DNA from: Chrysomallon squamiferum
Lineage: Eukaryota; Animalia; Mollusca
Direction: 5' to 3'
NCBI GenBank assembly: GCA_012295275.1
Contig: CM022679.1
Location: 15,252,001 to 15,316,000 of the forward strand
DNA length: 64,000 nt
Shown: positions 39,859-64,000 of the stretch, one piece after another
Numbering within the stretch: the stretch's first letter is position 1
How the letters are laid out: each line of letters begins with the position of its first letter
The notes under the pieces: generated by a model
Databases searched by the model: none
Seen by the model: the letters and a program-made list of their open reading frames with translations, nothing else
Told to the model about the DNA's origin: nothing
Program-made: the position numbers and the translations under genes

Positions 39859-41192
39859 GATTCTAAAAACAAACAAAACATATATGAAAACATGTGATGT
39901 TTATCAGGACTAAAATATGTTTAAACAGTTTAATTTAAGTTAATTTATTTGGGAAATTCATTTGTATTCACACCCATGATAATTTAACCTTTTAAAATGG
40001 TTTTCTGTGGAATTTATTAAAATTAATGGCTAAATGAAATTTAAAATCATAATTTTTTCTTTTTCTTAAGCATGTCTGACCTGATGGTCAAACTGTGTGT
40101 GTGTATGTGTTTTAAAGAATTTAGACAGTTTTTGTAACAATTGCAGTAATCTGTAAAATGAACATTATAATTTACAAATATATATAAAATTTACTTATTT
40201 ATAAAATTAAAATTAAATAAAAATACTTCATAATCATAAAATAGTATAGACAAAAACTGAAAAAAAGACAAGACTGCAATGTCCACTCATTAATATATAC
40301 AAAATTATCCTGTTAAATCTATATTGAAATTTGGGATCAGAATGCTGAATGGTCCTCATACAGTATTCTATATACAACATACAACAAATTAAACAGACAT
40401 CTATTACATTAATTTATTTAAAAAAAAAAAAAAAAAAAAAACTTTAATGCAACAGTAGTCATTACATTTTCAAGGAAAGGATGAAAAATGAAAATTCAGC
40501 TGAAAACAAAATGTTGAATTATTCGTAGCTTTATTTTCCTCTTGAAAAAGTGTAACTTCAGTTATTCTGATGGATTAAAAATAACAGAAATAAAATAAAT
40601 GACCTCACCATCGGGTTCAAATAAAATCAACCTGTTGCACTGTCAAGTATCATACATCTAATGATCTATGCTATGATCTCTACCCATACGACAGACGACT
40701 GTTGCCCTTTCGAAACTGTTATATGTTCATTAGTTATACTTTAATTAAAACCTTCTTGGTATAAAATCAAAATAAATTACCTGATGAACACACCAATTAT
40801 TTAGGGGTAAAATGGGAATCTGATTTGCATGTTTCTCCGTATATAAGAGAAACGTTATTCGTTTCTGTCCGTCTTTCACTCCTCCTACTCCATGTTTATC
40901 TATTACGGGGTTAAATCGATGTTTCCTCGATAAAAAAAAAGCAGAATTTCCTTAGAAGGCTTCACATTTTTTATAGCAAAATATAAATATTACTGACCAT
41001 GTTTTAGCCAGGATGCAAATATTATATCTTACTGATTATTTCACTATTAATTATTTGCAGGGTTGTAAAATAAGGAAAGATCCAGTAAATGTGCGAATGA
41101 GTTTTGCTGCGGAATTAAATTGAAAACAACATGTTGGAAGTGTGTTGTCGTGGCTGAGTATTTGCGATTTATACTATGACAAGAAAAAGACT

Positions 41193-56064
<14,872 letters not shown>

Positions 56065-57061
56065 ACATCTACAGAATTTGTTATAATTTGGAGGTTTTAA
56101 ATTTTTTTAAACTTTATTAAGACATATGTTTTCAGTGCAATTTTGTTGTGATATATGGAGAATGTTTTATTTTCGTCATGTGATCTGAGTTGAGATATTT
56201 GGGTTTTATTCAGTGATAAATAAGGTTTTAAATGGTTTGCTTGTGTCAGAGTTCATTTTATGATAACCAGAAGGAAGTGAACAAGAAGGTATTTTTTTAA
56301 AAGTTGAGCTAACTGTGTAAGAAATAATATTGTAAACATAGATACGATTTTTATGACATGATTAAAATGTTAAGAACATTAATATTTTCCAAAACAAATA
56401 CTTAAATATATATCTAACTTTTACCTCCTTCTGTTTGTCATATGCCGAACCGGGTTTTTAATAATGTGAATGAAAGATGAATGAAAGATGAATGAATTAT
56501 GTATTATGAATATATTTGACTGAGTTCAAATAATATCGAGTATGGATGTTTTGAATGAGTGTTGATAAACATGTTGTTTATAACGTTTTGTAAATAATAC
56601 ACACATTTTCAAAGAATTACACAAAATATTTATATTCTTAACTTACTTAGTCATTGCCAGTAATATTCTGCTGTTTGAAAAGAATATTATTTTCTTAAAA
56701 CATTTCACAAGTTTATTTTGAATATTGCAGTTGAATTTTTCTTAGGATCAGGGCTTCCAAATTCCATGCTGTTCATATAAAACATGTAGAAGCTTTCACA
56801 GTACCTTTCAAAAAAAATTAAAAAGTAATAATAATAAAATAAACAAATAAAATAAAATAATGGAAATTATTGGAAAGAAGATTAATTTTTATGGTATTTT
56901 AATCAATTTTATTTGAGGTAATTAGAAAAACAGTGCATCAAGCTACTTAAAATCATTGCAACGAGTGAATCTTAAAATTAATTGAGATGAATTATAAATT
57001 AAAATAATCTTTATTCTAGTGCCTTACTTAATATTTTAGAACAGTTTCTAAAGTTATTTAC

Positions 57062-57100
<39 letters not shown>

Positions 57101-57612
57101 TTTGTTTGTTTGTTTGTTTCAAAAGTACACTTGAAAAAGACACTTCCTAAAATTGCACTAATGTCAAAGTAATATTTATTACTGATTTTTAACATATATA
57201 TTATTATTTTCTCTTTATATTTATTCAGCTTTATCCAGAAGAATTAAATTATTTCAAAGAATTTAAAATAGTTCTGCAAGGCAAAATTGTGATAAACAGT
57301 TATGTTTTTCACTGTTATTGGTTCATTGAAAGTGTGTGATAAAGTTGTAAAACACCAGCTTATGTATCTACCTCCATATAGAACGTTCTTACAAACATCA
57401 GTCTTAATCATATAATTTATTATTATAAAATGTTTTTATCTGAAATTTACCGTTTTAAATTGTTCATCTTGTTAAATGTTTGTCTTTCATGAGTTTGGCA
57501 TTGTTTCATATCTGTTCCTTTTGTTTTCATACAGTCCATCATTTTTCTTTTCTTTATTTTTCTTTCTTTATTTAATATTACTTTATTTATTAATTATTTC
57601 AATTATTATTAA

Positions 57613-57661
<49 letters not shown>

Positions 57662-58120
57662 GTTATTATTGTTATTTTTATTATTTTACATTATATTTAA
57701 ACATAACATTAGTGAAGTATAAATTGTCTCATTTTTATATGGCAGCATTTCTTGAAATGTGCTTGTTAGAATTCCGGTGCACCTGCAGTTTTTTTTTTTT
57801 TTTTTTTTTCATGAAATAATAGTACATATGGTTCAGGAAAGTAATGTATTATTTTATATTGGTTCAAACACAATTTTTTTTTATTATTATTATTTTTTTT
57901 TCATGAAAGAAATACAAATTGATTAATAAATATAACACTCTGAACCACAGTTAATTAATTAATTTATTTATTTATTTTAAGAATGTCTGACCATTTCATT
58001 TATTTGTGAACTTTTGTTATTTTTAAAAATTTTAACAGTATTTCTATTTAAGCCAAATTTCATGAAAAACATTTCTGCAATTCAGTCTTGCATATTTGCC
58101 TATAGAGATATTTATTTATT

Positions 58121-58183
<63 letters not shown>

Positions 58184-59261
58184 TTGGCAAGTTTAAGATG
58201 AACATTTAACTATTGTTCTAACTGATACCATTCTGAGTTAGGTAATATTTTTCTACAATTCTTATCATCATACTACATAAGTATAATTCTGTTATTAAGA
58301 GAAACTAAAATTCAGCTTGATGAGATAAAATAAAATTTTACACTAATTATAAAACTTTAAGAATTATGTTTGTCATATTGTTGATCAGAAAATAAATTTC
58401 GTTTTGAATTGTTAGTATCATGTATATAAAAATGCTTTGTATATTTTATTTATTTCGCTTTCACATATGCCTCTGTGATCATGTAGATTTAACAAAGGAA
58501 AACTCACTGGTCATGGAATATTTAAAATAATAGCAATTATTTTGTATATTGTTGTTATTCCTCTTCATTCAAGAGAAAACGCACAATACACAGTTTTCAA
58601 CCAGTACTGATTTACATGTTAATTAGCACTAATTATTGTTACAATTAAATAACTTGGGACCAGTAATAATTTTATTTTTTTGTTATATATATCTGATAAG
58701 TAATTGAAATACACTTGTTTATTTTGAAGTAATTGATTTAACAGAGTATAACATCAGTTTGCTTGGGGATTTCACATTTTCCCATGTCCTTTAATAATAT
58801 TTCATACATAAACATGGATAAACTAAGAATACAACAATTCATTAGTTGTTTACTTAGTTCATCAGAGTTTTAATTATTATTATTGGGGTTTTTTTTTCAC
58901 TTTCTTATACATAAAATGTTTAACTGTACTTTATTGTTAGCAAAGATTGGTGGCTGGTGATCAAAACAATAGATAGTAATTATGAAGGATGTATTTGTTA
59001 CTGTTAGATCATTAGGACATCTAAAGCTCGGCATACACATAAAATTTATATAAATTTTAACTGGAATAAAATACTAATTAGTCTGAAATTGTTTGTAAAA
59101 TCTGAGAGTAATGTATGAACTGAATCCATATCAGAAATCTTTTTTTATATTAACATGAGATGTCACAGATGAGAGGAGCAGAAACATTTATGTCCATTTA
59201 TTGCACAAATGTAACCATGTTTTTTCCAATTTTCTGGGGTTTTATTTGTTTGTTTGTTTGT

Positions 59262-59296
<35 letters not shown>

Positions 59297-59996
59297 TTTT
59301 ATTTATTATTATTGTTGTTATTGTTATTATTATTATTAATATATATTTTTTTTAATTAAAAAAACAACATTATGTATATATAGTCTGCAAGATCAAATAT
59401 CATCACTTTTAAACATTTATTTTGAGATTTCATAAAATATTTACCTGAATTAATAGTAGGTAATTTCAACGAATTTAAATAGCTTCAAATTTGATTCATG
59501 TGCTCATATATCTTTTACTTTCACTCTGTATTTTAAATTTGTGAAATTGTATTTTGTTTTGTTATTTATTATTAATGTTTGATTTTATTTATTATTCTTT
59601 TGTTTTTTGCTTTGTTGTTATTTCTGAATACAGTATTACTGCATTACTCAGACATGTTGAAATGTTTGCAAACAAAAGTATTTAATTTAATTTTATTATT
59701 ATAATTATAATTCTTCTTCTTCTTATTATTATTATTATTATTATTATTATTTATTGTTAATTTAATAATTATTGTAGATTTAAAAAATGAATCTCATGAA
59801 AAAGATTTGGAACACAACAATTTTACAAATGATTTGATAATGCTTATTGAATATTTTCTATTTGTTTTACAATATTTGAAAATGTTTGTTTGAATTACTA
59901 CAAAATGTTTTAAATTTTGATTATTAAGGAATTTTTTCATAGGAATTTAAATTTGAAGAAATTCTGTACATTTTGCTTCAAATTTTAGAACATTTA

Positions 59997-60036
<40 letters not shown>

Positions 60037-60986
60037 ACTATTTTATCAGGTGTGTTTTATATAGTTAAATATAATCCTTCAAAATAACAAGTAATAATAA
60101 TAATAAAATAAATTCATACAGAATTTAGCAAAGTCTGTTTTGCTCAGGATAACAGACATAATTATTAAACTGTCTCAAAATAAAATAATTTAAAAACAAA
60201 TTATAGATCCATCAAACAATTTTAGAAAAACATTTTCATCAGAATTATTTTATTGGTCTTATTTTGTTTTAATATTTTTTAAGTTGTTTTTTTTCTCTCT
60301 CTCTTTTTTTATATGAAACTTGTGCTGTGAATCAAATGAAACATTCCATGCTCTGTTAATATTTGTATTATATTGCATTTGGTGATGGTGACTTATTTTT
60401 CTACTGTGATTTTTATAAATAATTCATGCAACAAGACTACTAACCCTGCTCCTTTGGATAACCTCAGTTACAGTCTTATATTTTAATTCCTCTGGTACAA
60501 TAATATTTGTATGGTGTGGGTCACTGCTTACTTTATACGGTAGGCTTCTACATGAAAATGTATTTGTTTCATATAAATAATGAATTACTATCAGAAATGA
60601 TGCTGGTTCAGTTCATGCAGTAATGGGTCAGCTGTTTTTTTTTTTTAGTAGCTAATTTTTGCATGGAAAAAAATAATTATCTTAAAATTGTACAAATATT
60701 GATTTAAACAGTTATGGAAGTATTAATAATTTATTAAATGTACAATGTATATATCCCACTGTTGATGAATTTAAGGCATGTAACTGAGGTGATCCTGATT
60801 TGCAGGTGTCTGATGTAAAAAGGAGGCCTTTATAGTATATTTTATATTATTGTTTTTAAATTTGGAAATGTTAATGTTATGGATTATGAATGTGTTTGTG
60901 TGAAAAAATATCCTGACATCATTTTTGATTTTTAAAATTTAGATTTATTATTTTTAAAAAAGTATGGGTTCTCTCGTTTTTTTAAA

Positions 60987-61031
<45 letters not shown>

Positions 61032-62374
61032 TTCATTATCTTAAGTATTACTTTTGATTTATTTTCCACATTAATGTTGTATTCTGTGCCATGTAATGAT
61101 TTTTTAATTTTTTTTTTTTTTATGTATTTTTATAAAATGAAGTAAAATAAAAAAAATGTATTCATAATAACCAATCAAATATTTTTGTACCAGATTCAGA
61201 TCTTATATATCCAGTGTTTGTCTTTTGTTACACTGCATATTGAAGCAGATATTATTTGCTTTGATGATTTTCCCAATGAAAACACATCATCATATATTTT
61301 AACCAATGAAATCACATGCAACATAACTGTTTTTTGGTACTGAAATTATTGATCGATTCTGTTTATTTGTGCAGATGAGGATTCACACCATATTTTTATT
61401 ATTATTTTTTTTTTTTAAATGTGCATGGTACATCTATACATTTTTTATTTTTTTTATTTTGTGTTTTGTTTTGTTTATGTTACATTTATTATTATTTTTT
61501 TTAAATATTGTTTTCTTTTTATATCCCCAAATACTGGTGTCTATAAAGTTCATGTACAAATTTGATATAAATTTCGAGGTCTTCAGAATTCTTTTGACTA
61601 CATGGACATTGAAAATTAGCAGTTTCAACAAGGAATTAAAAGAACTAAAACAAATTCTTTATCTGATCCTTTTTACAGATTAATTTGTTATATGTAACTA
61701 CAAAGTTATTGAAAATATTTAAAATTCCACCTGGACTTTATGGACACACACACTATTTTTAGTATGGTTCAGATATTACATATCCATTTCACTTCTGATA
61801 TCAGATCTTGTATCACTTTGGTACAATACTACTGACAAATAAGGTGCTAATATATGGAATTTGCAAAAGATTTATTTATTTAATCAGATAGTTGATTTTG
61901 TCTGTGCTCTTTTATTTTATAACATTAAACATTAATATAAAACATTAAATAAATTTTGGTATTTAATAGAAAACAGAAATTTTGTATTGTGATTAAACAA
62001 AAATATTAATAGTAAACAATTTTATAAAGTTGGGATAAAACTTTTTCATTTCAGCTTCTCTAATGATGTTCTCATTACTTTACCTCAGTATTGGTTTTAA
62101 ATAATTATTTACACTAAATGCGTAATTTTTATCATTTTTTTTTTTTTTTTATTATTATTTTTTTTTTTTTAAAGGATATTTGTCTTAAAATAATAATGAA
62201 ATAAAAAAGTTATCATAAAATTGGTTATGGTAGTTGAGAAAAGAGATTTTTAAACTGTTAATATCATGTTATTGTATGTGTGTATATATATATATAAATG
62301 ATATGTATATTTATACAAAATTCTTAGTGCATATATCTACATTGTTACAATGTTGTTGAATGATGTAATATAAA

Positions 62375-62380
62375 AATAAA
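62375..62380 (+). terminator. Candidate distal IRE1 polyadenylation signal (implies ~6.3 kb 3' UTR)
   Basis: AATAAA with upstream TGTA and downstream TTTTGTTTTGTTTGTTG. The plus strand is T-rich from 56.1 to 62.4 kb and A-rich afterwards, suggesting a convergent gene's 3' end to the right. Confidence 0.35.
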
Positions 62381-63285
62381 AGCAATTTACATTATTTTTG
62401 TTTTGTTTGTTGTCAGTTTTAGTTTGTTACCAGAAAAAGTTATGGCTTTAACCAGGCTAAATATTGGAGGCTTGATGAGTTTCTGTGTTAAGTGCAAATC
62501 CCAGCAATGAAATCCCAAAGGAAGACTCACAATAAAATAAAACAGAACATAAACAAAGAAGCAAACAAATAATAAAAATTAAGCAATATAAATAAATAAG
62601 TAAATAAAAATTAAGTAATGTAAACTGAAAAATACAAATGGAAACAGAAGTGAAATACATAAATATTAAAGTTTATTGTAAATAAATAAATGAAATTAAG
62701 TTACAAAATAGAATACTAGTAAATTAATAAAGTAGCTCTATTTGGATTTCCAACAAAATACTTTGCAAAACAAAGGTATCTTACACTTATTATGAGTGTC
62801 AAAATGTACAAAATTCATTGTTTGAAATTGTGTTTAAGGAGAAAGCAGCAATACAACTCTTTTAAAATAATTTTATGTTTACTGTCAGCCAATATAGATC
62901 AATTACATGTACACAAATCTTATTCATTACATTAAGTAAATTTGTTAACTTGATCAGTAATATAGTTTTTCATAATAATATATAACTATTTTAAAATGGG
63001 GTTTTATTTCTCATTTATCAGGTATGAACACAGATGTTTCCTGATGGGTAAAAAAGTAAGGGAACCAACAAACTGTGTTATTTTATTTTAATATGAACTT
63101 TTGCAAAAGAAAACTTTCTTATTAGGAGACTTCTCTGGTAATTATTTTAATTTTAATTTTTTTTTTTATTTTACAAGTTAAAGCTAAATTGTGGAGATAA
63201 CTCACTGGCATGACCAGTGTTGTTGCTGAAATTTAATGAAACAGAAGAGAGAAGAATCTATTATAGTTGCTAAAAGCATAAAACA

Positions 63286-63316
<31 letters not shown>

Positions 63317-64000
63317 TTATTATTATCTGTTGTAATTATATACTATAATAACAAAACAAAAAATAAAACAAAATGTAGAAATAATAACAAATCCAATACA
63401 ATAAAATGCATTTTATCATAGCAAAGACAGAAGAGCATGTTACAGACACATATACACTATTCAAGTATACACAAAAAATGTCATATTGTAGACAGTATGA
63501 GATTCAATCATGCAGCTTACAATACGAAGTCTAGCTCCACAAAGTATACATAATTTTAACTGAATGTATCAGCCCAAACATACATCTACCACAAACTTTT
63601 TATTTTTAAACAATCCATCTTAAAAATAAAACTGACATTACATAACCCAACACACATATATTCATCTGATGATACTGATCTTGAATGAAATGAATGTTAT
63701 TATTACAGAAGTGTACAATAACTTGAATATAAACTGGACAGATACAATCAGAATGATATACTAGTGAAAAAAAAACTAGTATATAAAACCATGTACACTG
63801 CAGTTGTTACACCATAGAGCACCATATAATTTACTTATTATATATTAAAGCAGACCACATAGTTATATTACTGATGAAAAAAAATATGCTTATCAATCAA
63901 TAATGGATACATATTGAGAAAATAAAATTAGTAATAATTTACTGACTAGTTTTCACTTCTACAAACTTAACCACTAGTTTCACCATCACTAGTTAGTTAT

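Noticed and set aside
33776-39913. Plus-strand ORFs overlapping TEX2 exons
   Set aside because: Antisense shadows of the real CDS.
57775-57795. CTGCAG in the IRE1 3' UTR as a self-cleavage (RIDD/XBP1-type) site
   Set aside because: Flanks cannot form the required stem around the loop.
56100-64000. Short ORFs downstream of IRE1
   Set aside because: Microsatellite- or AT-derived F/I/L-rich translations with no exon structure.

Overview
AT-rich, intron-dense animal genomic DNA; probably a lophotrochozoan/mollusc-like invertebrate (inferred from protein style and composition only). Three complete multi-exon protein-coding genes were assembled by hand from GT-AG junctions with consistent phases. 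(1) TNRC6/GW182, the miRNA-silencing scaffold, + strand, CDS ~8965-19410. (2) TEX2, an ER SMP-domain lipid-transfer protein, - strand, CDS 39858-28433. (3) IRE1/ERN1, the UPR kinase-RNase, + strand, CDS 41193-56064. TEX2 and IRE1 are head-to-head across a CpG-retaining region of under ~400 bp; TNRC6 and TEX2 are convergent. The least ordinary stretch is 5.3-9.5 kb: a chain of about nine short, mostly non-coding exons upstream of the GW182 ORF, with two alternative start codons, a candidate frameshifting micro-exon, an RNA stem covering a 3' splice site and a weak let-7-seed hairpin. A promoter and probable non-coding exons of an unidentified minus-strand gene lie at 0.4-3.2 kb. No rRNA, tRNA, CRISPR array or intact mobile element was seen. 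All splice calls are predictions from sequence, without transcript evidence.
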